Shown in pieces: positions 48,679-58,811 of a DNA stretch of 64,000 bases. The notes beneath the pieces are model-generated. The model did no database searches, had not been told where the DNA came from, and saw only the letters and a list, made by a program, of their open reading frames with translations. This stretch comes from an uncultured Acidobacteriota bacterium (GTDB lineage Bacteria; Acidobacteriota; Thermoanaerobaculia; UBA5066; DATFVB01), in NCBI GenBank assembly GCA_963813155.1, contig CAWEYG010000003.1, forward strand, positions 64,001 through 128,000, read 5' to 3'. Positions within the stretch are counted from its first letter, which is position 1. Each line of letters opens with the position of its first letter. Position numbers and translations under genes: made by a program.

Positions 48679-49532
48679 AGTTTCGGCTCCGTTCCGCCTT
48701 TTTTCTCCTCCTGTTTGCCGTGCTCGCCTCGGCCGCCGCGAGCGGGCAGTCGGTCGTCACGGTCGGCAAGCCGCTCGCGGTCGTCGCTCCGGTGCAGGGC
48801 CGGGTCGTGAGCGTCGCGGGGGACGTCGATCTTCGCGCGCCGGTGACCGGAGACGTCGTCGCGTGGGGCGGCGCGGTTCGAATCGCTCCGGGCGCCTCGA
48901 TCGGAGGAAACCTGATCGCGTTCGGCGCGAAGGTCTCCGGCGACCGCAGTGTCATCGCCGGGCGAATCGTCACGCCGGGCTCGCTCGCGTCGCTCTATCT
49001 CGCCGAGGCGGAGCGCGGGCCGTTCCGCGCCGCGCCGGGCGCCGTCCTGGCCACCGCGCTCGGATTGCGCCTGCTCGCGCTCGCGATCTGGGCCCTTCTT
49101 TCGTCCGCCGTGCTGCGGCTCTGGGCCGGGCCGGTAGCGCGGGCCGCCCTGTGCTTCGAAGAAAACGCGGCCGCGGCCGCGACCTCCGGAATCGTCGGCA
49201 TCGCTTTTCTGTTGTTGTCGGGAGTGACGGCGTTCTCCGCCTTTCCCGCGGCCCTTCGCGTGCCGGGCGCGATCCTGATCCTCGCGGCGGCGGCGTCTCT
49301 CAAGATTTTCGGCATGACCGCGCTCTTTCTCTTCCTCGGCCAGAGGATCGCGCGCCGGTTTTCGCCCCGCCAGCGGCCAGCCGCGCTCGCTTTCGGGCTG
49401 ATCGCTGCGGGCCTCGTGTCTCTCATCCCGGTCGCGGGTCCCCTGGTGTGGAGCGCGGCATCGATTGTCGCGATCGGCGCAGCCGTCTACACGCGTTTCG
49501 GGGCGCCGCGCTTTCGAATCGCCGTCGCCTGA
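48675..49532 (+). CDS. Membrane protein with bactofilin-like beta-helix repeats
   Basis: Signal peptide; VQGRVVSVAGDV, VTGDVVAWGGAV and IGGNLIAFGAKV repeats; about 5 C-terminal TM segments. Confidence 0.7.
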   Translation: MKFRLRSAFFLLLFAVLASAAASGQSVVTVGKPLAVVAPVQGRVVSVAGDVDLRAPVTGDVVAWGGAVRIAPGASIGGNLIAFGAKVSGDRSVIAGRIVTPGSLASLYLAEAERGPFRAAPGAVLATALGLRLLALAIWALLSSAVLRLWAGPVARAALCFEENAAAAATSGIVGIAFLLLSGVTAFSAFPAALRVPGAILILAAAASLKIFGMTALFLFLGQRIARRFSPRQRPAALAFGLIAAGLVSLIPVAGPLVWSAASIVAIGAAVYTRFGAPRFRIAVA

Positions 49533-49576
49533 CCGGCGCGGCTGCGCGAATCGCCGTCGCCTGACGGCGCGGCTGC
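49515..49576 (+). repeat. Tandem ~31-bp duplication spanning a stop codon
   Basis: CGAATCGCCGTCGCCTGAC(C)GGCGCGGCTGC at 49515-49545 and 49547-49576. Confidence 0.85.
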
Positions 49577-49634
49577 CGGCGATCCCCGGGGCCGTCGATT
49601 GACCGCTTCTCGATCGCGGCGATAGAGTCCCTCC

Positions 49635-50492
49635 ATGAAATCGATCACGACCGTCGGCGTCGTCGGGTCCGGACAGATGGGCAGCGGGATCGCGCACGTC
49701 GCCGCGTCGGCGGGTCTTTCCGTCCTTCTCGCGGACACAGCCCCGGAGATTCTGGTCCGCGCCCGGGCTGCGATCGAAAAAAACATGGATCGCGAGATCG
49801 CGAAGGGAAAAAAGACGGCCGACGAGAAGGCGGCCGCGTTGCGTCGGATCCGCGAGACGGCGGACCTGTCTGTCCTCTCGGGCGCGGACCTCGTCATCGA
49901 GGCGGTGACGGAGAACGAGTCCGTCAAGCGCGACCTGTTCGGGCGGCTCGACGCGCTTCTTCCGCCGGAATGCCTTCTCGCGTCGAACACGTCGTCGATT
50001 TCGATTACCGCGCTCGCGGCATCGACCTCCCGTCCGGAGCGGTTCATCGGAATGCACTTCATGAACCCCGTTCCCGTGATGGCGCTCGTCGAGGTCATCC
50101 GCGGGATCGCGACCTCGGACGAGACGGCGGCGGCGATCGAGGGGCTCGCCCGGAAGATGGGCAAGACGCCGATTTTCTGCAACGACTTTCCGGGCTTCGT
50201 GTCGAATCGCGTGCTGATGCCGATGATCAACGAGGCGATCTTCGCCCTTTTCGAGGGGGTGGCCGAGAAGGAGGCGATCGACGGCATCCTCAAGCTCGGA
50301 ATGAATCATCCGATGGGGCCTCTCGCGCTCGCCGATTTCATCGGCCTCGACACCTGCCTCGCGATCCTCCGGGTCCTCCACGACGGTTTCGGAGATCCGA
50401 AGTACCGGCCCTGCCCGCTCCTCGTGAAGATGGTCGACGCGGGATGGCTCGGAAAGAAGTCGGGACGCGGCTTCTACACTTACGAAGGCTGA
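49635..50492 (+). CDS. hbd: 3-hydroxybutyryl-CoA dehydrogenase
   Basis: [31 protein letters not shown] and GKKSGRGFY motifs. Confidence 0.93.
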   Translation: MKSITTVGVVGSGQMGSGIAHVAASAGLSVLLADTAPEILVRARAAIEKNMDREIAKGKKTADEKAAALRRIRETADLSVLSGADLVIEAVTENESVKRDLFGRLDALLPPECLLASNTSSISITALAASTSRPERFIGMHFMNPVPVMALVEVIRGIATSDETAAAIEGLARKMGKTPIFCNDFPGFVSNRVLMPMINEAIFALFEGVAEKEAIDGILKLGMNHPMGPLALADFIGLDTCLAILRVLHDGFGDPKYRPCPLLVKMVDAGWLGKKSGRGFYTYEG

Positions 50493-50498
50493 AACCGG

Positions 50499-52340
50499 AT
50501 GCTCTGCCAGACCTGCGGAACGTTCAACCCCGACGACGACGCGGACTACTGCGTCCGCTGCAAGGCGAAGTTGCTCGTCGTTTCGGGGCCGCGGGCCGAC
50601 GACGAGGGCGAGTCCGGCTCTCCCGACGACATCGCCTTCGACGAGCACCTCCTGGAGCGGATCTCGGCGCTGGAGGAGGTCGTCCGGCGCGAAGGGGAGA
50701 TGATCCGCACGCTCTTCGAATCGCTCCAACGGCTGGAGAAGAGCCTGTCGGTCGCGCAGACGGGAATCGTGGCCCTGCAGGAGACCCTTGAGCAGCGGGG
50801 CATCCTGCCTCCCGGCGAAACGGCGGATCGCTGGCAGGCGCGGTCCGAGAAGCGTCTCCACGCCGTTGAAACGAAGGAGCGGCTTCTCGAGCGCCGCGAC
50901 CGCGTCCTCGCGGGTTTCGCCGGGAGCGATCGCGAGGGGTTCGAGCAGAAGCTGCGCGAGGCGGAGATGGCGATCGTCTCGCTCGACTCGGAGCGCGGCC
51001 TGCGGCTTCTCGAGGAAGGATTCCGGCTGGACCGGGGGAACGCCGACCTCGGGTTCTTCCTCGCCGAGACGTACTTCTCCGACGGCGACCTGGATCACGC
51101 GTCGCACTTCCTCAAGAAGGTGCTCGCCGCGAACCCGAACCACTACGAGACGCTTCTGTACTCGGGAATCGTGGCATCGGAATCGGGGGAGGCGCGGCCG
51201 GCGGAGACGTTTCTGAAGAAGTCGATCGAGATCCGGCCGGACGCGTTCCTGCCACATTTCGCCCTGGGCGGCCTCTTCGCCCGACAGTCGAAGTTCTCCG
51301 AGGCGCAGAAGGAGCTCGCGATCGCCCGGGACATCGCCCCGCTGACGGCGACGCGGATTCTCCTGGGACAGGTCCATCGCGAGCTCGGCGACGCCGCACA
51401 CGCGATCGAGGAGTTCGAGGCGGCCGCGAAGCAGGATCCCCGTTCCGACGAGGCGTTTTTCCAGCTGGGAATCGCCTACCTCGAGAAGAACCGGCCCCGC
51501 CGGGCGCTCGAGGCGTTTCAAAGCTCTCTCGCGATCAACCCCCGGCGCCTCGAGGTCCAGGAGGCCGTTCGCCTGCTGCGGGGAGGAGACCGGGCGAACA
51601 AGCCCGCCGTCGACGGGCCCGCCGCCGAGGATTTTCGCCGGGCGGAAGAATGCGTGTCCACCGGACGCCTGAGGCAGGCGCTCGACCTGTACCGGCGGGC
51701 CCTCGAGCGCGAGCCCGAAAACCAGACGGTTCGGATCTCGTACGCGCTCCTCTGTGCTTCGCTCGGCGCCTCCGCGGAAGCGATCGCCGCCTGCCGTCGG
51801 ATCCTCGCGGGCCCCGCGGAGGAAATGGTCGCGACGGCAGCCTGTTCGACCCTCGCGGAAGCGCTCCGGGAAGACGGGCAATGGCGCGAGGCCACGCGGA
51901 CGGTCGAAGAGTTCATGAAGAGTCACGATTCGCCGGCCGCCCGGACGATCGGTTTCTACGAGCTGGCGTGCAATCTGGCCGACGCGGATGGCGACCTCGC
52001 CGACGCCCTCGAGTTCGCTTCGCGATCCCTGGAAGCGGCGCCGGACGAGCTCAAGCCGTTCTCCCTCGCCGCGCTCGGCTGGGTGTATTACAAGAAGAAG
52101 GAATACGAGAGCGCGATCGATTTCCTGAAGCGCTCCTGCGAGAGCCTCGCGACGCCTTCGACTCTTCACCGCCTCGGAATGGCCCTGCTCGCCGCGGAGC
52201 GTTCCGAGGAGGCGAAGGCCGCGTTTCGCCGGGCCAAGACGATCGCTTCCCGCGGCTCGGGCCTGGAGGACCGCATGCTCGAGCAGGTCCGCCTGAACGT
52301 CCGCCTCGCGGAGATGGCGGCTCCCCGGCGAAAGGCCTAG
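50499..52340 (+). CDS. Zinc-ribbon, coiled-coil and TPR repeat protein
   Basis: N-terminal CQTC...CVRC followed by many TPR-like helical repeats. Confidence 0.8.
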   Translation: MLCQTCGTFNPDDDADYCVRCKAKLLVVSGPRADDEGESGSPDDIAFDEHLLERISALEEVVRREGEMIRTLFESLQRLEKSLSVAQTGIVALQETLEQRGILPPGETADRWQARSEKRLHAVETKERLLERRDRVLAGFAGSDREGFEQKLREAEMAIVSLDSERGLRLLEEGFRLDRGNADLGFFLAETYFSDGDLDHASHFLKKVLAANPNHYETLLYSGIVASESGEARPAETFLKKSIEIRPDAFLPHFALGGLFARQSKFSEAQKELAIARDIAPLTATRILLGQVHRELGDAAHAIEEFEAAAKQDPRSDEAFFQLGIAYLEKNRPRRALEAFQSSLAINPRRLEVQEAVRLLRGGDRANKPAVDGPAAEDFRRAEECVSTGRLRQALDLYRRALEREPENQTVRISYALLCASLGASAEAIAACRRILAGPAEEMVATAACSTLAEALREDGQWREATRTVEEFMKSHDSPAARTIGFYELACNLADADGDLADALEFASRSLEAAPDELKPFSLAALGWVYYKKKEYESAIDFLKRSCESLATPSTLHRLGMALLAAERSEEAKAAFRRAKTIASRGSGLEDRMLEQVRLNVRLAEMAAPRRKA

Positions 52341-52370
52341 GCCGCGCGCCGATCTGGTATCCTCCCCGAA

Positions 52371-54086
52371 ATGCGCTGGTCGGAATTTTTTCTCTACACC
52401 GTGAGGGAGACTCCGGCCGACGCCGAGGCGGCCTCGCACCGCCTGATGCTCCGGGCGGGAATGATCCAGAAGGCCGCGGCCGGCATCTACACGTATCTCC
52501 CGCTCGGTCTGCGCGTCATCCAGAAGCTCGAGAAGATCGTGCGCGAGGAAATGAATCGCGAAGGCGCGATCGAGCTGCTGATGCCCGCGGTCGCTCCGGC
52601 CGAGTTGTGGCAGGAATCGGGCCGGTGGTCGAAATACGGGAAGGAGCTTCTCCGTCTGAAGGACCGCCATGGGCGCGATTTCTGCTTCGGCCCGACGCAC
52701 GAGGAGGTCGTGACGGACACGGTGCGCAAGTCGGTGACCTCCTACCGCCAGTTGCCGCTCAACCTCTACCAGATCCAGACGAAGTTTCGGGACGAGGTGC
52801 GGCCCCGGTTCGGCCTGCTTCGCGGCCGGGAGTTCACGATGAAGGATGCCTACTCCTTCGACGTGGACGAAGCCGCCCTCGACGTCGTCTATCAGAAGAT
52901 GATCCGCGCCTACTCGGCGATCTTCACCCGCTGCAAGCTCGATTTCACGATGGTCGAATCGGACGTCGGGGCGATCGGCGGAGCGTCGGCGCACGAGTTC
53001 ATGGTGCTGGCGGAGACCGGCGAGGACGCCGTCGTCAAGTGCACGAATTGCGACTACGGGGCGAACCTGGAGAAGGCATCGACGGGGGAGATCGCCGTTC
53101 CCGAGGCGGGACCCCAGCTTCCGATGCGCAAGGTGCCGACGCCGGGCCGAAAGACGATCGACGAGGTCTGCGCCTCGCTCGGCGTTTCGCCGCTCCAGTG
53201 CGTCAAGACTCTCGTCTTCGAGACGGACAAGGAATTCGTCGCCGCGCTCGTGCGAGGGGACCTCGAGGTCAACGAGGTCAAATTGAAGAATCACCTCGGT
53301 GCGGACCACCTCCAGCTCGCTTCGGAGGCGAAGGTCGAACAGGCGACCGGCGGCCCTTCGGGCTTCTCCGGCCCGGTCGGCCTGAAAGGCGTGCGAATCG
53401 TCGCCGATCGCTCGGTGCTCCGGCTCGTCAATGTCGTCGTGGGCGCCAACGAGAAAGACGCCCACTACGCCGACGCCAACCCGGGCCGCGATTTCAACGT
53501 CGAGGAGGAGGCCGACATCGCCTCGGCCCGGAAAGGCGATCCGTGCCCCCGTTGCGGCGGGAGTCTGGACCTCGCCCGCGGGATCGAGGTCGGAAACATC
53601 TTCAAGCTGGGGACGAAGTATTCCGCGCCGATGGATTGCTCTTTCCTCGACGAGGCGGGCGCGAAGAAACCGATGGTGATGGGCTGCTACGGCCTCGGAA
53701 TCGGGCGGACGGTGGCGGCGGTGATCGAGCAGAACCACGACGACAACGGGATCCTCTGGCCGGCGCCGCTGGCGCCCTTCGACGTCCACCTGATCGCGAT
53801 GAACATGAACGACGCCGAGACGCGGGGCGAAGCCGAGCGCGTGTACTCGGAATTGTCGGCGAAGGGCGTCGACGTGTTCTTCGACGACAGGGACGAGCGC
53901 GCCGGCGTGAAGTTCAAGGACGCGGACCTCCTCGGAATTCCCCTGCGGATCAACGTGGGCGGCCGGTCTCTGAAGGAGGGGAAGATCGAGATGTCGTCCC
54001 GCCGGGACGGCAAGCCCGAGTCGCTCTTGAAAGAGCAGGCCGTGGAAGCCGCCGTGGCCGGCGTTCACCAGGCCGCGAAGGCCTGA
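52371..54086 (+). CDS. proS: Proline--tRNA ligase (with INS editing domain)
   Basis: GPTHEE, KFRDEVRPRFGLLRGREF, GIEVGNIFKLG and MGCYGLG motifs. Confidence 0.97.
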   Translation: MRWSEFFLYTVRETPADAEAASHRLMLRAGMIQKAAAGIYTYLPLGLRVIQKLEKIVREEMNREGAIELLMPAVAPAELWQESGRWSKYGKELLRLKDRHGRDFCFGPTHEEVVTDTVRKSVTSYRQLPLNLYQIQTKFRDEVRPRFGLLRGREFTMKDAYSFDVDEAALDVVYQKMIRAYSAIFTRCKLDFTMVESDVGAIGGASAHEFMVLAETGEDAVVKCTNCDYGANLEKASTGEIAVPEAGPQLPMRKVPTPGRKTIDEVCASLGVSPLQCVKTLVFETDKEFVAALVRGDLEVNEVKLKNHLGADHLQLASEAKVEQATGGPSGFSGPVGLKGVRIVADRSVLRLVNVVVGANEKDAHYADANPGRDFNVEEEADIASARKGDPCPRCGGSLDLARGIEVGNIFKLGTKYSAPMDCSFLDEAGAKKPMVMGCYGLGIGRTVAAVIEQNHDDNGILWPAPLAPFDVHLIAMNMNDAETRGEAERVYSELSAKGVDVFFDDRDERAGVKFKDADLLGIPLRINVGGRSLKEGKIEMSSRRDGKPESLLKEQAVEAAVAGVHQAAKA

Positions 54087-54099
54087 TGAAAATCGATCG

Positions 54100-56373
54100 A
54101 TGAGAAAGATCGGCAAGCAGGAAGCCCTCGATTTCCATTCTCGCGGACGCAAGGGGAAAATCGAGGTCGTCGCCACGAAGCCGTGCCGCACCCAGGAAGA
54201 CCTCTCTCTCGCCTACACGCCCGGAGTCGCGGAGCCCTGCCTGGAAATCGAGCAGGATCCCCTCAAGGTCTACGACTACACCGCGAAGGGGAACCTCGTC
54301 GCGGTCGTGTCGAACGGGACCGCCGTCCTCGGCCTCGGCAACATCGGTCCTCTCGCCGGGAAGCCGGTGATGGAGGGAAAGGGCGTCCTGTTCAAGCGTT
54401 TCGCCGACATCGACGTGTTCGACATCGAGCTCGACGCGCCCGACGTGGACGGCTTCGTCGACACCGTGCGCCGCATGGCGCCGACCTTCGGCGGGATCAA
54501 TCTCGAAGATGTGAAATCCCCCGAATGCTTCGAGATCGAAGATCGCCTGAAGAAGCTGCTCGACATCCCGGTGTTCCACGACGACCAGCACGGGACGGCC
54601 ATCATTTCGGCCGCGGCGTTCCTGAACGCCCTCAAGATCGCGGGCAAGAAGATCGAGGACGTGAAGGTCGTCTTCGCGGGCGCGGGCGCCGCCGCGATCG
54701 CCTGCGCGAATCTCTACGTCTCGTACGGCGTCCGGCCGAAGAATCTCCGGCTCTGCGACCGCAGCGGCGTGATCTACAAGGGCCGCAAGGAAGGAATGAA
54801 CCCCTACAAGGAGAAATTTGCGGTCGAGACCTCGGAGCGGACGCTCGCGGAGGCGCTCGTCGGCGCCGACGCGTTCATCGGCGTGTCGGCGAAGGGCGTC
54901 GTCACGGGCGACATGCTCCGCGAGATGAAAGAGAGCCCGATCGTCTTCGCGATGGCGAACCCCGATCCGGAAATCACGCCCGAGGACGCCATGATCGCCC
55001 GTCCCGACGTGATCATGGCGACCGGCCGGAGCGATTACCCGAACCAGGTCAACAACGTGCTCGGCTTTCCGTACATCTTTCGCGGCGCCCTGGACGTCCG
55101 CGCCCGCGAGATCAACGAGGCGATGAAGCGCGCCGCGTCCGAGGCGCTCGCCGCGCTCGCGATGGAAGACGTCCCCGACTCCGTGCTCAAGGCGTACGGC
55201 GGACAGTCGTTTCGCTTCGGGCGCGACTACCTGATTCCGAAACCGTTCGACTACCGGGTCCTCTTCTGGGTGGCGCCGGCTGTCGCGCGGGCCGCGATGG
55301 AAACCGGCGTCGCGAGGGTGCAGATCGACCTCGACGCGTATCGCCGGAAGCTCGAAATCCTCCTCTCGCGGACCCGGGAGGTCATGCGCGGAGTGAGGGA
55401 GCAGGCGAGGGCCGGGCCCAAACGCATCGTCTTCCCGGAGGGCGAGCATCCCAAGATCCTGCGCGCCGCGAAGATCCTCGCGGAAGCGGGCCTGTGCCGG
55501 CCGATCCTGATCGCCCGGCAGGAACAGGTCGCCTCAAAGATCAAGGAGCTGGGCATTCCGGCCGGCAAGATCGAGTTCGTCGAGATCTCGAAGTTCCCCC
55601 GCCTGGAGGAATACGCGAATCGCCTCGAAAGCCTCCGCCGCCGCCGCGGCATGACGAAAGAAGACGCGCGCCGCGAGGTGACGCACCGGAACGTCTTCGG
55701 GTCGCTCATGGTCGAGATGGGGGAGGCCGACGGCCTGATTTCCGGCCTGACGCAGTCGTACTCGGACACGATCCGCCCCGCCCTGCAGATCGTCGGCGTC
55801 GCGCCGGGAGTCAAGCGGGTCTGCGGCCTCTACATCCTGATCCTGAAAGATCGCGTTTTCTTCTTCGCGGACACGACGGTCAACATCAATCCGAGCGCCG
55901 AGGACCTCGCCGAGATCGCCCTGCTCTCCTCGGAGGCCGCCCGCCGGTTCGGGTTCGAGCCGCGCGTCGCGATGATCTCGTTCTCGAACTTCGGCTCGAA
56001 CCGGCACGCTCGGGCCGACCGGGTTCGCGACGCGGTCGACATCGTGAAGACGCTTCGCCCCGATCTGCCGATCGACGGCGAGATGCAGGCCGACACGGCG
56101 GTGATGCCGGAATTCCTCGAGGACACGTTTCCGTGGGCGACTGTCCGCAAGCCGAACGTACTCATCTTTCCCGACCTCGAATCGGCGAACGCGGCCTACA
56201 AGCTCGTCTGGCGCCTCGCGAACGCCGAGGCCGTCGGGCCCGTCCTCATGGGCATGCGCAAGCCGGTCCACGTGCTCCAGCGGGGCGTCGAAGTCACCGA
56301 CATCGTCAACATGGCCGCGATCGCGGTCGTCGACGCGCAGCGGAACGAGGAATTGCAGCGCAAGCTCCTGTGA
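54100..56373 (+). CDS. maeB: NADP-dependent malic enzyme with phosphotransacetylase-like domain
   Basis: SLAYTPGVA, FHDDQHGTA, TGRSDYPNQVNN and a C-terminal PTA domain (DGEMQAD). Confidence 0.96.
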   Translation: MRKIGKQEALDFHSRGRKGKIEVVATKPCRTQEDLSLAYTPGVAEPCLEIEQDPLKVYDYTAKGNLVAVVSNGTAVLGLGNIGPLAGKPVMEGKGVLFKRFADIDVFDIELDAPDVDGFVDTVRRMAPTFGGINLEDVKSPECFEIEDRLKKLLDIPVFHDDQHGTAIISAAAFLNALKIAGKKIEDVKVVFAGAGAAAIACANLYVSYGVRPKNLRLCDRSGVIYKGRKEGMNPYKEKFAVETSERTLAEALVGADAFIGVSAKGVVTGDMLREMKESPIVFAMANPDPEITPEDAMIARPDVIMATGRSDYPNQVNNVLGFPYIFRGALDVRAREINEAMKRAASEALAALAMEDVPDSVLKAYGGQSFRFGRDYLIPKPFDYRVLFWVAPAVARAAMETGVARVQIDLDAYRRKLEILLSRTREVMRGVREQARAGPKRIVFPEGEHPKILRAAKILAEAGLCRPILIARQEQVASKIKELGIPAGKIEFVEISKFPRLEEYANRLESLRRRRGMTKEDARREVTHRNVFGSLMVEMGEADGLISGLTQSYSDTIRPALQIVGVAPGVKRVCGLYILILKDRVFFFADTTVNINPSAEDLAEIALLSSEAARRFGFEPRVAMISFSNFGSNRHARADRVRDAVDIVKTLRPDLPIDGEMQADTAVMPEFLEDTFPWATVRKPNVLIFPDLESANAAYKLVWRLANAEAVGPVLMGMRKPVHVLQRGVEVTDIVNMAAIAVVDAQRNEELQRKLL

Positions 56374-56837
56374 TCTCGCGTCAATCCCGTCCGCTTCGGG
56401 TTCTCGGCCTCGCCGCCTGGATCGTCTTGCTCGCCTCGTGCACGGTCTGGAAGAAGCCGTCCGTCGCGTTCGAGGGAATCTCGCTCCACGGCCTGAGCCA
56501 GGACGGAGCTTCGCTCGAGGTTCGTCTCCGGGTGGAGAACCCCAATTCCTATCGACTCGTCGTGAAACACTTGAGCTACCGGCTGGCGGTCTCGGGAGCG
56601 CAAGTCGGCGGCGGCGAGACCGATTCCGACGTCGCGGTCGAGGGGAAGTCGGGGAGCGACGTTGCGCTGCCGGTCTCGCTCGACTGGCGCGAGCTGAAGG
56701 GGAAAGGGCTCGACTTTCTCCTTTCCGGAGGCGTCGACTACTCGATCGAGGGAGAGATCACGTTCTCCACGCCGATCGGAACCTTTCAGCGGCCCTACGG
56801 CCACTCCGGGCGAATCAACCCCTTCGAGCGCAAATAG
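56370..56837 (+). CDS. LEA_2/WHy-domain lipoprotein
   Basis: LASC lipobox and VENPN motif; GTGA overlap with maeB. Confidence 0.82.
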   Translation: MISRQSRPLRVLGLAAWIVLLASCTVWKKPSVAFEGISLHGLSQDGASLEVRLRVENPNSYRLVVKHLSYRLAVSGAQVGGGETDSDVAVEGKSGSDVALPVSLDWRELKGKGLDFLLSGGVDYSIEGEITFSTPIGTFQRPYGHSGRINPFERK

Positions 56838-56843
56838 CGCGGC

Positions 56844-58781
56844 TCAGATCCGCTCGCAGATCACGAGGGTGCGGTCGTCGTCGAAGACTCCGGAGGCGCA
56901 GTGCCCGGCGATCGCTTCGAGAATCACGCGCTGGAGCTCCTCGATCGGCGCGCCGCTGTTCGAGCGAAGCACCGCCTCGAAGCGTTCGAAACCGAACGCG
57001 TCGTCGTTGTGGTCGCGACACTCGATGATGCCGTCCGTGTAGAGCACGAGACGATCGCCGGCGGCGAACGGATAGGAACGCGTCGGGAAATCCCTTCCGT
57101 CGAAGAGCCCGAGGGGAAACGCGGGCAGCTCCAGCGACCGGATCGTTCCCCCGGAGAGAAGATACGGGGGCGGGTGACCCGCGTTCGTCAGCTCGATCTG
57201 GCCGGACGGGCGAACGGTTGCGAGAGCGAAGGTCATGTAATTGCGGGAATCCGTCGAGCGGTAGAGAAGGCGATTGAGCTTGAGGAAGAGCGGAGTGCCC
57301 CCTTCGCCCGATTCGAGGAGCGTGTCGAGCGCCGCCTTGGCCGCGGCGACGAGGAGCGCGGTGGGAAGGCCGTGCCCCGAAACGTCCCCGATCGCGATCA
57401 CCGTGTCGCCGCCGCTGGTCGCGAGGAAGTCGTAGTAGTCGCCTCCCATCTGGGCGACGGGCTCGAAGAACGCGGTCGTGCGCAAGCCCGGCACCTTCAC
57501 GTCGGGCGCCGGAAGGAGCTTCTGCGCGATCAATCGCGCCTGCTCGATCTCGCGGTCGAGGAGCTCTTTCGCCGCGCGATCCTGCAGCGTTCCTTCCAGC
57601 GACGCAGCCATCGAGTCGAACGAACGGGCCAGGTCGCCGACCTGGTCCTTCGCCCGCGTCGCGATGCGCACCGAAAAATCGCCGGTCGCGATGTTCCGGG
57701 TCGCCCGGGACAGGCGGTTCACGGTTTTCGTGATCGTGCGCACGAGGAGATAGGCGATCAGGAGCGCGACGAGGTAGACCGCGAGCAGGATCGATCCGAT
57801 GACGATGAGCGCGATGAGCGCCCAGTTCTGATTCCTGCTCTGCTGAATCGCGCCCTGGGCGAAGAGCTCCGAGAGGGCGCGGCGCCAGGAGAGGCGGGTG
57901 AAGATGGCGACGATGTTCCGGTCGTGCTCCTCGCGGGCCGACGCGGCGATTCCCAGCACGGGAGGGGACGTGTAGATCCAGGAGACCGCGATCCACGGCG
58001 ACCTCGAATGGTCCGCGGGAATCGCCTCCGCGGGATAGATGAAAGGAGCGGAGTCGCGCCGGCCCGCCCCTTTTTCGTTTTCGTCGACCGAGACCGTGAG
58101 GCCGCCCCGGCGCGTGTCGGGGCGCGCGGCGCCCGCGATCGGCTTGAGCGCGACGCCCGACAGTTCGGCGAGGCGGGCGTAGAGGAGATCATCGACCGGG
58201 AGGGCGAGGACGCGGGTCTCGCCGGCCCGCGTCCTCGCGACGCCGAGGCCCTCGACCCCGCTCCCGCCCGAACCGAAAAAACGCGGTTCCGACAGCTCGC
58301 CGAGCCACGCCGGCGCGTCCTCGCCGGCGGGAAGCGCGGCGAGCTGGGAGGAGACGATCTTCCCTCCGGCGACTCGCGCGCCGCGCACGCCCGTGACTTC
58401 GCCGGCCAGGATCCGGGCGCCGAGCTGGCGCACCGCCTGCTGCACGCGGTAGGCCTGGAACTGTCCGAGCGACATCACGGCGGCGACCCCCAGGAGGAGA
58501 GCGAGCAGCGGCGCCGGGAACACGCCGATCAGGAAGTACGAGAACGCGAGCCTCCACGAGAGGCGATAGAACAGCTTCTGCGAGACGAAAACGGCCGCCC
58601 GAAGGCACACGGCGCTTCCCGCGACGACCGCAAGGAGGATTCCGAGGGGGAGCAGGGCGGGGATCGCCCAAACGCTTCCCGCAACAATCAGAATCGCGGC
58701 GGCCCCGTTCAGAACGAGCCACACCAGAGTCGATCTTCTCCAAGCCATCGGTGCGGGCGAGTTTAACAGCCTGTTCCACAT
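56844..58781 (-). CDS. Membrane HAMP plus PP2C (SpoIIE/RsbU-like) phosphatase; start at 58781 or 58748
   Basis: HAMP region (DQVGDLARSFDSM), GGDYYD, GDVSGHG, NAGHPPP, YTDG and DDRT motifs. Confidence 0.9.
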   Translation of the reverse strand: MWNRLLNSPAPMAWRRSTLVWLVLNGAAAILIVAGSVWAIPALLPLGILLAVVAGSAVCLRAAVFVSQKLFYRLSWRLAFSYFLIGVFPAPLLALLLGVAAVMSLGQFQAYRVQQAVRQLGARILAGEVTGVRGARVAGGKIVSSQLAALPAGEDAPAWLGELSEPRFFGSGGSGVEGLGVARTRAGETRVLALPVDDLLYARLAELSGVALKPIAGAARPDTRRGGLTVSVDENEKGAGRRDSAPFIYPAEAIPADHSRSPWIAVSWIYTSPPVLGIAASAREEHDRNIVAIFTRLSWRRALSELFAQGAIQQSRNQNWALIALIVIGSILLAVYLVALLIAYLLVRTITKTVNRLSRATRNIATGDFSVRIATRAKDQVGDLARSFDSMAASLEGTLQDRAAKELLDREIEQARLIAQKLLPAPDVKVPGLRTTAFFEPVAQMGGDYYDFLATSGGDTVIAIGDVSGHGLPTALLVAAAKAALDTLLESGEGGTPLFLKLNRLLYRSTDSRNYMTFALATVRPSGQIELTNAGHPPPYLLSGGTIRSLELPAFPLGLFDGRDFPTRSYPFAAGDRLVLYTDGIIECRDHNDDAFGFERFEAVLRSNSGAPIEELQRVILEAIAGHCASGVFDDDRTLVICERI

Positions 58782-58811
58782 TCCCCCGGGTTGTTATATT
58801 TTGTTGGAAGA

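Noticed and set aside
48594-54191. 1865-aa minus-strand ORF and other long overlapping ORFs (e.g. 1294-3594, 6814-9615, 29190-31868, 31250-34411, 17547-20111)
   Set aside because: Shadow frames of well-supported genes; stop codons are scarce in high-GC DNA, and the products are Arg/Gly/Pro-rich with no motifs
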